Below, piece after piece: positions 24,488-38,300 of a stretch of DNA of 64,000 nt. The notes under the pieces are model-generated. The model was not told where the DNA came from and made no database searches. It saw only the letters and a program-made list of their open reading frames with translations. Source of the stretch: Ruditapes philippinarum (Eukaryota); assembly GCF_026571515.1 (NCBI RefSeq), contig NW_026858357.1, positions 124,001 to 188,000 on the forward strand, written 5' to 3'. Position 1 is the first letter of the stretch; each line of letters opens with the position of its first letter. Both the position numbers and the translations under genes were made by a program.

Positions 24488-27400
24488 CTAACTCCTTATC
24501 CATGCTGATTTTTGTTTTGGATTGGGTTGCATTTCCGGTGTCACGGGTTTCTTTCTGGTAAGTTTCTTCTTGATGTGTAGAACAATCTCTAATAAGAGCT
24601 GAAGGACCTCAACAAGACTAAGAAGAGAAGCCCCTAGGAACAACCCCATTGTGCCACCGATGTCCGACAAGAATCGTATACCCTGTGACGTCAAAAAATA
24701 CAGTTGTGAATCATAGTATTTTGACATTGCGACTGTTTCTTATTTCAAAATATAATTCATGTCAAAAAGAAACTAAATTATTTTATTTTCAAACATTATT
24801 AATATTCTAATTAATTTATTAAGTCATGCAATGTTATCGTTAAAACAAATAAAATATATTTTTACCCCCCACTTAAAAAGTCGGAGCATTTTCTGATGGG
24901 ATTGGTCTGTCCATCGTTTCGCATTAATTACGTGCGTAGGTCCTGTTATTCATTAACGACCACTTTAACCGAAGAAGGGATAAGCTGTGGTTATGTTACT
25001 TGGTTGGGACATTGCCCGTGTTAATTAAGTAGATGGCCCATTTTGATTTTCAAGTTTTAAGGTCAAAGGTCAAGGTCACGGTGAGACTTTTTGTTCAGTC
25101 CTTGTCCGATCTATACATTGAGAAGGTGTAAGCAGTGCTGTGTATTATTTGTTAGGAATTCTCCATAGCCAGTAGGTGACCCATATTGATTTTTAAGTTT
25201 TGAGGTCAAAGGTCAAGGTCACAGCGATACTTTGCGCAAAGTCGTTAGACAAATAAAGAAGTAATGAGCAAAAATACGTTTTTCTTTGTAGAGATATTGC
25301 CAATGGTCAGTAGATAGCTCCTGTTGATTCTGGATACCTGATGAGTAAACCTTATCAATTATTAGTTGTTGTTTTTTTCTCAATTATAAATGTGTGAAAC
25401 TTATTAGTTATATTTATAGTATACGTACTGAAACAGCTGGCTTTGTTTAAGTAAATTTGCTTGTGTTAAAGGCAATTGAAATGAGGGAATAAGTGTCCTT
25501 AACTCATTTCTGTTTAATCCATCATTTAAAGTGAGATGCATTTTAGAATAATAGTAATCCATTGTGAATGGGATGTTTTGTTTTTTGAACATTGTCTTTT
25601 GATTTTGTTATTTTTGTGGTACTCACCTCATACATTGGTTCTTGCGTGATCCTTTCGAAATTCAAATCTTCAAAATATATAAGAAGTCGAAGGAAGTTCT
25701 TTCTATGTCTAAAATAAACAATGTCGTAAAATACACAATGTCGTAAAATACTTGTTAGATATCAGTAAACTTGGTAACACAAAATTCATAAATTTATTTG
25801 GGACAACAACAAAGCCGGATGGCATTATCCAAACTGTGTGTAAAACACTCAAGGCTTGTACTTAAATGTAGAAAATGTTATTTATTTGCAAATAAAAATA
25901 TATGATATCTCATTTCAAACATGCAAAACACTTTAATATAGTTCATTTATAAAAAAAACATTCGTTCATTTTGAGTTTTATAAATACAATGACGACACCG
26001 TACTTTCGTTTAAACGGAGCTTGCTTCATTAAATATACATGCTATGCCCATCTAAATGTAAATGGTCAGTTGACATATAAAATTCAAAATAAGTCGACAG
26101 TTTGTCACAATTTTGTCCAATTTGTTTTATTTCTATCATTATACAATAATTGACAAGTGAGCCATTGTATATGTGTTATGATTTATTCTAACAGTGAAAT
26201 CACATCATGTTCAATGGGTCACTAGTCAATAATTGTTTTATTATATTAAAGGCCCATTTTGCCTCAAAAATACCATCATTTTTATTTGTCATTGACTTTT
26301 TTTTTTTTTTTTTTGTATCTTGTTACAGTTTCATTAAAGAAAACTCATTTGCCATGTAGATGGATTTTATCTTTGCTCCTTTTGCTTGTTAGCAATTGGT
26401 ATAATTATAGTGAATGAGTTTTTTTGTATGGAAGTCAAAAACTAGTTTGTTTTACGGCACATAACTGCATATTCAGAGCTACTTTTCTCAGCTGTTAAAT
26501 ATCTAACGTTCTCTTAATCAATTATTAAGAAAATATACACATATTTCACATTTCTAAAGAATTTAATAGATATATATATTTCTGAGTCATAACGTGCTTT
26601 TAACTTTTTGTGTATGTGTGTGTGTGTGTGGGGGGGGAGGGGGTAAACTTACTTTTCATACTCCTCTGCGGGCAGGGAATAGTCATAATTTTCACTGTCC
26701 AGCAGAGAAGCACAGGTTTCCGGCAGCTCAATGGTTTTGTTTTGCTCAAGTTTCTTGCATATTTTTAACATAAGATGTTTCTGAAATTACATTTGATTTA
26801 TTAAAAGTTAAGGGCAAGAATGCATTACATCATGAGCTTTTTTGAACGGCTTCGTTTTGACCTATTTCCATCATAAGGAACATATGTTTTTTCAAGTGAG
26901 AACTAAAAAGTAAAGGAAGAGGTTTGATTTCCTAAAGCATAAAATTAAAAGTAGCATGCCTCCAGATTCATGCTAATGTTCATGTAAATTTTGAAAATAT
27001 ATAGAAAGTGAATTATTATGAAGAGTACAAAGAGAGTATCAGTAAATAACACATTGCAAACAGCATTTACAATTCTGGTAAATTACCGAAAAGAGGTCAA
27101 ACAATGCAAAAATAGCCCTTACTGGGTTAGTCATGCTTTAGAAATATGGTGAAAAATACTGCAAAATCAGTCATCAATCGCATATAACTTGTACATTTTT
27201 ACTTTTTGAAAAGTCCTTTTTTTCTAACATGTTTGATTAATTTGAAATATTTTGGCTCAGTTGGAGGCATGCATCTTTAAAATTTTAACATATACATGTA
27301 CGTGAAATGGAAAAATCTGCAAAAGGGTAAATTATATAGAATATTGGAATATTGACCCCACTGCCCCAACTTTTGGCAATATTGCAGCAGACAAATAAAA

Positions 27401-30400
27401 CTTGTTTCCCGTTCTACGTATACAAAACATGAAAACAATTAAAGATATCATACATACGGAATACTCGGGCGTTGGCCAGTATCTGGATGAAATTGTCTTC
27501 TCATACAGTGTTTCCCTGGCAACGTAAACAAAATAACGGTTAATATTAATCTCGTATTTAAGCAAAACATAAAATATAAGGATCAAGACACGATCACAAG
27601 TAGAAAAATATCTTTTTTTTTCGCCGATCCCATAATACTAATAGCAATAGTTGCATATCAGACTGGTATGGTGGCTGATTTGGTACACTGCGCGTTGCAA
27701 CCCATATCGAAATCGCCTTTTCGTTACCGGCAGCACGACAAAGCGCCAAACGGCGCGATGTCGCGCTGTCGTTTTGTCGTCCTGTCTCTAACAAAGCACG
27801 CCAAACGGCGTGATGTCTTGCGGCACGTTGTCGCGATGCCGCCCTGCCGCTTGGCTTATGAACCAATCCTTCGATTTGAACCGAGCGACAATGTGACATC
27901 TCGATAACACGCAGCATGACAACGCATCGTTAGGCGTACATCGTTAGCGACCGGACGACAAGACGAAAACCCGACAACGCACCGTTTGGCGAATGGTTCT
28001 GTTGTCGCTGGCAACAAGACGAATAGGCGATAACGATATAGGTTGTGTTGTCGCTATCGACAACGCAACGCGCAGTGTACCAAATCAGCCATCAATGATA
28101 AGAGCATTCCAATGAATCGCAACATATAACACTAAATTTGTTAGTGTTCATGGTCGACAATTGCTTGCTTACTAAAAAACACTAACCTTTACTAAGTTAT
28201 CACCATATGTTGAAAGATCGATAGAAGAATTTATTTGATATGATCATAAATGTCTTACAAAACCATCATTGATTGGTAATTATCATCAAATAACCTACTT
28301 TTAAAAAAGTTTTGAATTATTTAGATTTTCGAGCGGAAATTACGAACGTTAATGTCAATTACTTTGGTCTGTTAGTGAACTGTAACAGAAACGGTTGTTT
28401 AACCCAGATACAGATAGGTATGTCTGCCTACTTTCCCATGATTCGTTGTTATAATTACGATATATAGTCATAAACAAAATGTTAGGCTATCATTAGAATT
28501 TATTTCAGCTCGAAGCTACATATAAAATGTAAAGTTTCTTACTAAAGAATTAATGGATTATCCTTAACAGGGTTTGGACCCAATCTGCCAGCAATCCTTA
28601 CATTACTTGTCCGTCATTAAACAAGTTCTATCACAAATTATATTAAAGACACATTTTCTTTTTATGGCATGAACATATGGAACAATATACCTTTAAATAT
28701 TCGTAATGTTAATAACCTTAAATGTTTTAAAGAAAAATACAAAGCATATCTTGATGTTCATATGAATGAATGAGTGAGTGAATGAATGAATGAATAAATA
28801 TATGAACGAACGAATGAACGAACGAACAAATGATGCAATATACATATATGTTTAAACAAAAATTGTTGAGTGCCTGTCGAAAGTATATGAGTTGTACTAT
28901 TCTAAAAATTACATATTATACATTCATTTTTCTACCTATGCATGTCCTGTTGTTGTTGTTGTTGTTGTTGTTTTCTTTTTCAGAAGGCCACTTTGGAAAT
29001 AAGATATATATGATTGTTATTGTATGTTCTTAATGTGTAACCTTCTTTAAATAAAGATATTATTATTATTATTATTATTATTATGTTAACCTATGTTAAA
29101 ATTCTTTTAAAATGTTTAAGCTGATGGCTTTCGTTTTGGCGCCAAAAATGTTATTGTCATTTCCGGTTTTGTTTGCAAGTATCCTATATTGTTTAGGGCA
29201 ATAACTGATTTTGTTCTAAAAAAATCAAGAATGACTTATTCCGTTAGCGCGCTAAGGTGATGGTATGTGTTTTTGAACCCTAAATATACAAGTTTTACTA
29301 TATAGATTTGAAAGATGCAAATTTATTTGAGAAGTTAATGCAGTAAGCAGAACAAGCGATTTAAATTTTTAAATAGTTTCAATATACATGTATGTTGCTC
29401 AATTTATTTCTAAATTGATAATAATGATTTATTGGCAATCAACATGTTGTTTGTAACTCCCATGTGCAATTTGAAACAGAATAAGCTTCACATCACGCAG
29501 TTAGCTAATTATAAAATAGAAAAATGAAATATATCAATGTCGTTTTACGAGGGAATAATTAATATTGATAGGCTTAAATTGGGCCTATTACTTGATGAGG
29601 GTTATTTGATCTGTGTGTTAGGTATTGTTTAGGGATTACAATAACATAAACTATCTTTTGCTCTTGGAATATGATTTGAATGGACGACAAGTCATATAGA
29701 ACTCTTCTCTTTTGTTTACATTCTGCCTCCTTTACGACGCATTACTTCATGTTCAGTGCTACTTTCTTCAGTTGTTAAATATCTAACATGCTCTTAATCC
29801 ATTTTCAAAATATAATCAAACATTGGCATGTTTCTACAGAATTACAAAAATATGGAATTAGTGGCCGTTATGTGCCTTAAGTAAGTTATTGTAAAATATG
29901 GTAAACGTACTTGCATCTACCTTGACAGTCGCAAACTGATTTATGCTCGAAACTCACATCTACCTTCAACAAACACTCCTGGTCTGAATAGAAAAAAAAA
30001 CATCAAAGATATTATTAATCAAAAGTGTCCATTTTGCAGATTACAGATTTGAAAAACGCTATGGCAATTGTTATTATTCTATTGAAGTATTTAAGCAGAC
30101 TTTTGAGAGAAAAATCTCGTACATACAAAATATATGGTCCAAAAAGTTATACGAACATTATCTGAGGCCCGTCCCTTACATTATCAGAGGACCGCCCCTG
30201 ACATTATCTGAGGCCGGTCCCTGACATTATCTGAGGCCCGTCCCTGACATTATCTGAGGCCCGTCCCTGGAAATTACAAAATAACATACCAGCCCTGTAG
30301 GATGTATTACACACAGGCAATACAGTCTTGTTGAAGGAAATCTGGTCTGGGGCGTCTATAGGGATACACTTGCAAACATCTATAGTTTTCTGTACACGGC

Positions 30401-33400
30401 AAAAATGATCACACGCCTGTTTTCCAATTATGTAATGAAAATAAACAACAACAACAACAAAATAATAAAATGAAGATTTATATTAAATATTAATTACATA
30501 TTGTATATTTAAATTGTTCAACGTCTCTTTTGTCGAANNNNNNNNNNNNNNNNNNNNNNNNNNNNNNNNNNNNNNNNNNNNNNNNNNNNNNNNNNNNNNN
30601 NNNNNNNNNNNNNNNNNNNNNNNNNNNNNNNNNNNNNNNNNNNNNNNNNNNNNNNNNNNNNNNNNNNNNNNNNNNNNNNNNNNTATTTCCTGACTGACCG
30701 ACCGACCGACCGACTGACAGACTGACTGACTGACTGACTGACTGACTGGCTGACTGACTGACTGACTGGCTGACTGACTGAATGATTGATTGACTAAATG
30801 AATAAATGATTGTCTATATGAATGAATGAATGAACGGAGGGAGGGAGGAAGGAAGGAACGAAGGAAGAAACAAAGGAACGAATGAATGAATGATCTAGCA
30901 TATTTATGGGCATTTTTAAATATTTACCGCAACACTGTATTTCTTCCTATATTTGCGAGCAAAGCTGTCACCAGACGTGCAGTCACCATAGGGCTGTCCG
31001 AGTCTTGAAATACGTATCTTAAAATAAACAGAAATAGTAAGTGCTCCATATGTATTACTTCAGTAGTTAAATATAATTCATAATATTTAAAAATGATATT
31101 TTAAATGATCATTTAACATAAAATCCTTTATCTGAAATTGAGTTGTCCATCTTTCAATTTGGACAAAACTATTCACAATTTCGAGGAAGAATTTCAAAAT
31201 AATTGCGACCTTTGTCTATACTGATCGGAGGGGTAAAAAAGCAGGCTAAATGCTACAGAAGAGTATTTGCCCAAAGAAGTATCTCTATTTAGAGCCAAAC
31301 ACTGAACTGAATACATGTTTTGCCACTTGCCTCAGTGCCATGACTTACCTTTTTTAACTCCAACACTTGCCTCGGTGTCATGACTTACCATTTTGAGTCC
31401 CACGCTTGTCTCGGTCCCTGGACTTAATGTTATACCTTCATTAAAAGGTAAGGGGTATGTGCCTGGTTCATGCAAAACAAGGCGTGCTCCATACCCGGTT
31501 GTAAATCTATCAATGTATTCATCAGTTTCCAGGTTTAAAGTTATTTTTATCCCTAAAAAACAATAAGTTATCTTAATTATGCGATGAAAAAAATATTTAA
31601 TATATCTCAAAAAAAATAACATAAAAAAATTTTTTCGATTCTTTCGATACGTTTTTTTAATAAACACGGGCAATTTTTTTTACTAAAAACCCTTTGGTGG
31701 AGGGAAACCGCTTAACGGAATAGGAAAAAACCCTTAAATTTACTAAAGTTTTTTTTTAAAGAAGAAAAAAAAAAACATGTTTATCAAATTTCAAGGAAAA
31801 GTGAGAGCATCGTTTTTTATTACAATTATACAACCCAGAATTGAGTTTAAATCCTCGAAAATCAAGAAATTTTTCCATGTGGTCCAACTTAAACCCCAAA
31901 TCCCACTTTAAAAATTAAGGTTTGATTAAATATAAAATAATTTGTACACCTTTTTAATATTTTTAAACCAAAAGGGCCATAAAAAGAATAGGGTTTTTTT
32001 ATTTGTTTGATTTTTTTTTTTTCTTTTAAAATTTTAAGAAAACAAGAATACTAAAAATTCAGTTTTTTTTTTGTTTTTTTTTCTTGCATGTCTTTTGAAA
32101 ATATAAAAATAAAACCGGTTAAAATAAAAAACGCCAAAAGCAAAAAATTTTTAAAATTATTTAGTCTTAAAAATACAAAAATTAAAAAAGGCAGGGCACC
32201 GTTTTTGGGAAAGGTCATGAGTTAAGGCGTAATATACAAATTATAATTCCAAAAAGAAAAAATTTTAAATTGGGGGGACCCCTTTTGCCCGGCCCCAACT
32301 GTTTTTGAAGAAAACGCTGTCACAGTTTCCAAAGCCGCGACGATGTAAAATTCTTGAATCTCCTTTTAAAAGAAAAAAAAAAGAAAACTTAAAATTTAAA
32401 AGCAGATAATACATCTAGCCTTTTTCCTTTCATATTTATATGTTATTTTAATCTGATCACCTATTTTACATCATTTGAATACTCAGTGAAAAAAAATCAG
32501 TTTTCTTGAAGAAGTAATATTAAAAATATGCAAGATTCGGGGCACCATGTAAAAATATGCAAGATTCGGGGCACCATGAAAATATATGCAAGATTCGGGG
32601 CTCCATGTAAATATATGCAAGATTCGGGGCACCATGTAAATATATGCAAGATTCGGGGCGCCATGTAAAAATATGCAAGATTCGGGGCGCCATGTAAATA
32701 TATGCAAAAGATTCGGGGCAGCCATGTAAATATATGCAAGATTCGGGGCGCCATGTAAAAATATGTCAAGATTCGGGGCGCCATGAAAATATATGCAAGA
32801 TTCGGGGCGCCATGTAAAATATGCAAGATTCGGGGCGCCATTTAAAAATATGCAAGATTCGGGGCGCCATGTAAAAATATGCAAGATTCGGGGCACCATG
32901 TAAAAATATGCAAGATTCGGGGCGCCATGTAAAAATATGCAAGATTCGGGGCACCATGTAAATATATGCATGATTTAGGGTGCCATGTAAAAAGAGCTGT
33001 CATGACTACGGTGGCACAGATGTGACATATGTGTGTTTTCATTTATCTCATGCTCACGTGATATTATGTCGTGGCAAAGAGTAATGCTTTACTAAGTCCA
33101 CTTAGTAAAGACTTAGTAGCTCGTAGAGACGCCAAAGTATCCCGTGCGCGCCACTTAATTATCTCGTGGCTACGACATTGTAGCTCATGCGTACCCACTT
33201 AATTGTCTCTTTGGGTGGCTACTACTTGTAATCGTGACCACATAGTTTTTTGTGTGACGAGATAAAAAAACTACACAATATGTAACTCTGTGTACGTAAA
33301 AAGAAAAATATTTAGTCATAAAAATTTTGGGAAAAAGAATAAAATTTTAAACAGTTTGAAAAACTTTCACAAAAATTTCCTTTAGTAAATTAATATAAGA

Positions 33401-35342
33401 TAAGACCTCTTCCTTTTGCATTCATTTAAGTTTTTATGTAAATGTATTTATAATAATGGTGTAATAATTGTTTGATGAACACAAGTTGATAACTTACGTT
33501 ACGTTCACCTCCGTTCCGGCAAAGTACGCTGACATTATGAACTGATCAAGTTGGTGCCCTACTTTTTGCCGCAGTTCCCTGAATATATAATGATTGGATA
33601 TGAATCAACATTGTCGAATATAAAACATTTAACTATTTTTATCAGCCCAACAACATAATCCTATCGAAAAGATATGATTTTCAAAATAGAAAAAGGGGCA
33701 ATGTAACTGTAAATGTCCATGACAGTAAAGAAAGAGTATTTAAATTTACTTGTATCATTTACACAGGCATTCATATTTACTTTCCTGACATTTAAAGCTG
33801 AGACATCGAATTTTTCAAAGTTGATTTAAATTTGTTTTGATATTTGCTTTGACAAAGCTCTAATCAGAAGATTTTCTTGCTTATTGATTTTATTTGGCAA
33901 AGGTCGAATATTACACAGTCGCAATCTTATTTACTTTCCTGACTGTACGGATATATTTTGATTTTGATTTGAAGATGAAAGGAAAAAATGTTTAATTATA
34001 TAACCACTCACGCGTGAACCGAAACTACTCACTTTCTTTAAATGGACAAAATTCGCGAGAAAGCCGCTTCTGAGGGGGTTATTTAAAGCTCAAAACGAAA
34101 TGTTTGTTTTTAAAGATTTTCTTGCTTGTAAACTTGTTTTGTAAAGGACTAAAAAGAAATTTAAAAAGAAATCTATTTTGGAATCATCTTTTTGTAATAG
34201 TTATCTATGTAGAAATATTACTTTTTCTTAGAATTTAGATTCTGATGCAAAATTCTGTTTTCAACAAACAAGACATATTCTGTCAAGATCTTCAGCAGTA
34301 TGTGTCACGTGAACATTTACACCAATCGCTGAATGGTTTACATGCTGTAAGCACGTGACACTTACAATGGCAAGGATTTAGCCAGTACTCTGAACTGGTG
34401 AGCTCGCTCCGCCCACTCGTCAGTTTTGCCACTCAGCTGCTGTTTGATATAGTTGTCCTCATTGACGTCATTATCCCAGTTGTCATGGTAACTGTCCCCG
34501 TAGTCATAGTAACCATAATAATTATAATTATAATTGTCATCATAATCATCATAATAATCATCATAATATTGGCCAGTAGTAGACGAGAACAACGAGTCTG
34601 TAGTTGATGATGGTATAGACGAACTTGTTGACGACCATGTGGAACTTGCTGGTGACATTGTAGAGTTTGTTGATGGTAAAGACGAACTTGAGGACGACCA
34701 CGTGGAATTAAATGTTGATGAAGATGGAGATGAACTTGCTGGTGACATTGTAGAGCTTGTTGATGGTAAAGACGAACTTGTTGACGACCACGTGGAATAA
34801 AATGTTGATGGGGATGAACTTGCTGGTGGCATTGTGGGACTTGCTGTTGTACCACTCTTTGTTGTAAAAAAGACAATCAGAGAAATAATTAAAATATGGA
34901 CTTTCGATTCATTATCATATTTATGTGTTACGAAATAGTTTGAGAAATAATCTACAAATTGTATATCTTTATCAGGTATATGACTTATTTATAAATAAAA
35001 TGCGCTGTTGTTGCCACTAAAATATGCCCCTCGTACATCAATGTATTTTTTATCCATTATAATATATCACATATTACGTCATTGTCGGTTACATTTGATG
35101 GTTAATAATTTTCTAATTTCATTAATAGTCTAGTAAATAATATATGAGTTCTCACTGATGCCTTGAAATTATATCTACGCTTCAAACGTTTTATATTATC
35201 ATTGTATTTATTATAAAATTTATAATAAATAATTGGATAAACATTTCTTGATAAACGGCGTTTAAATCTTCTTAAACACATCAAAACGAAATTTTATAAG
35301 AACATTATTTACTTAAATAAACAGATTTTGTTTGCTTGTTTG

Positions 35343-35379
<37 letters not shown>

Positions 35380-38300
35380 GTTTTACGTCACACCGACACA
35401 GTATAGTTCATATGGCGACATTCCATCTTCCCTGGTGGAGGAAGACCTCAGGTGCCCTCCCGTGCATTATTTCAGTACAGGTATTGTAAGATTGTTATGG
35501 AAAGAATTATTGTCATATTGAAGCTTGCGTGCTACTATGAACTCTCACGAAATTATGTTTGAAAATGCTTACCAATTCTTTTTCGAACAAGGCGTTCAGA
35601 TCCTCAGAGATCTTCAACTTTGAAAACCTCACAGGGTTCATGTTGCACAAAGAAATGGCGGGAAAAGTAATCGGATTGAAATCCAACTGGATGGTTGTCT
35701 GTATCGGGTATGAGTAATAAGTTCTAAAATTGAATAATTAGTTTAAAAATTAAAAGCAAATTATGCTTAAAAAATGAATGAATGATTTTTTACCTCTTTA
35801 GAAAAGGCAAATATGTGTTTTAATAAAGTTTAATCATTTTTTAAGAGCATGTTAGATGTTTATCACATGGAAAAAATAAAAAACGTTCATTGGTCATAAA
35901 AGAAGCGAAATGAAGACTTCCATACGAAATCACTATAAATGCATTAATTGCCAAAAAAACAACTGAGCCGCGTCACGACAAAACCAACATAATGGGTTTG
36001 CGACCAGCATGGATCCAGACCAGCCTGCGCGGAGGCGTAGGCTGGTCTGGATCCATGCTGGTCGCAAACGCATTATGTTGATTAAGTCGTGACGCGGCTC
36101 AAATGAGGCAAAGGATGTTTCGGGTAATGTGCAATGAGTAAGTTTTGGCGACAATACCAGGACACCAAAAATAAAAAGCTTTTGAAAAATACGTCATAAT
36201 AAAAACATTTCTTTAGATTTAAGGTCCTTTAAACGTAATTTATTCACGGTCGATTGCGAGGAAAGCGTGCATGTAGTTTATTTGACCTGCTTTCAAGTCG
36301 CCGCTTCCCGGAACTAACCAGGGAAACACGGTCGGGCCCCGAGCACCGCTCAAACTCTATAAGCACTGGGTCACCGTTCTTCACAAGACATAAATATCAA
36401 TTAATTAAACGTAGATTAACGTGGATTGGTCTACAATGGGCACATTTTCCATATGAATTTAAAATACATGTACATGTGTTTTGATAAAACAACAGAAAGT
36501 ATCATTTGAACATTCTGATATAGAAGGCAAGCCTCGTTACCGTTCAATGGGCGGGTCCCCTCGGGACAGATATTCCGATTCGAACCGCAGCATGTGACAG
36601 ATATTATTACTGTTTCTCAGAATTTATTTCAACTTTGAATGATCTTAGGATATGATAACAAAACATTTTAAGCGAAACAAATAGAGTCGTTGATGTTAAT
36701 CTGGCATTTAAAGCTGCATGCCTCCAGATAAACCAACCAATATTATAAGAGAAAATAAAACTAGAGAAAAATGTACTAAGATTTATGGAAAAGTACAAAT
36801 ATTCAATATTCAAGAAATAAAAATTTATGTGCGATTCACCCCTGTTTTGCAGTATTTATCACTATATTGCTACTGTGTTGCAAACTAAGGGCTGTTTTAT
36901 GCATATTTTGATCCCTTTTTTGGTTATTTACTCGGACTGTTAGCGTTGTTTGCAATGTATAAATTAATAAATTTGTTCGCTTCAATATTTTATTTAATAT
37001 ATACTATACTACTCGAAATTTAATAAGGATCACTTATGCGGTTGTATATATTTGTATGGGTATACAACAATTAATTATTTAAAAGTGATATTTTGATTAC
37101 TTTGATAATGTTCTGATTAAATTTACAAAGCGTGACAGGGGTTGGAAATTCGGGATTAGGGGGGTTTTTATTTTTTTTTTGTACATGCTTGATACAAGGG
37201 GAATTTCCCATTTAAAAATGAGCCAAAATGTAAAGATTTATAAATTTTCGGGGCGTGATGTTAATTTGTTAAATTACGGACTGACACCGGGCCCTCCTCA
37301 TGTTTTCATCCCCCGGGTATAGGGGTTTTGGGGGAGTCGAACCCAAACTCCTCCAAAAAGGGCCCGTCAAAGCACCGGGTTTGGTTGGTTCAACCGGGGG
37401 GATCTCGTGATCTCTGTAAATTTTTGAGTGTAAGTTTTAAGTGAATATCGGGGTAGAGATTTTAGAAAATCCCTTTTATTAAGGGGAGATGTAAAATGGA
37501 CAACGTGTCCTAAGGGTAAAAAAAAAGGGTGAAACCCACTAAAATAAGGGGCCCAAAAGGGTGAAAAAAAATTGGGGCCAGCCTGACTGGGACTCGAAAC
37601 GGTGACCCTCAGAATACAGTACCGCGGCCCTACCGACTGAGCTATCCGTCTGATTACTGTAGTGAACAGTTCTGAACCGTGACATAAAANNNNNNNNNNN
37701 NNNNNNNNNNNNNNNNNNNNNNNNNNNNNNNNNNNNNNNNNNNNNNNNNNNNNNNNNNNNNNNNNNNNNNNNNNNNNNNNNNNNNNNNNNNNNNNNNNNN
37801 NNNNNNNNNNNNNNNNNTGATCCAATCTTACTCAAAGAGTCCATTTAGCTGATACCCTAGTAACGAGCACGTTGCTATGAACAGAAGACACCATAACACT
37901 TTCACAGTTATCTGTCGAGACGCAACAATCTTCGGCACTCCATGAAGAGAACTTGAGTCCGCTAAATCCTATTTATAAACAAAAATGATATTCATCTTCT
38001 TCATTGTTGAAGTTGCAAATATTGCATTTTTATTAAGATTTAAATATTAACAATATAAGTGTTTTGACTATATTTCTCAAATTTCGCTCAAATAAACCCA
38101 CAAAAGTAAAGACGTATTCACGGGGCATATAAGGACATTTTGGCTTTTGGAATACAGCTTAGATATAAACCAAAGAGAGCAGGAAAACGTAGAGATATTA
38201 AAGCTTCGGTTAGTGATTGTTGTGACGAATATGAACTACATGAATTATTTTCCAACTTATGAAATGTAACCAATGAAATTTCAGCGTTTGTACCACGTGA

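Noticed and set aside
32483-33042. Repeat-rich ORFs and a CRISPR-like look of the 29-bp array
   Set aside because: The units are head-to-tail with no unique spacers, there are no cas genes, and the array lies in a eukaryotic intron. The ORFs are translation artefacts.
305-34572. Link between the sulfotransferase and the channel's Tyr/Asp tract
   Set aside because: The enzyme is a cytosolic SULT with no membrane anchor; protein tyrosine sulfation is done by Golgi TPSTs.
34398-34876. Alternative-frame ORFs (poly-Ile; Gln/His-rich)
   Set aside because: They are shadows of the real Ser/Thr-Asp/Tyr channel exon, whose frame is fixed by splice phases.
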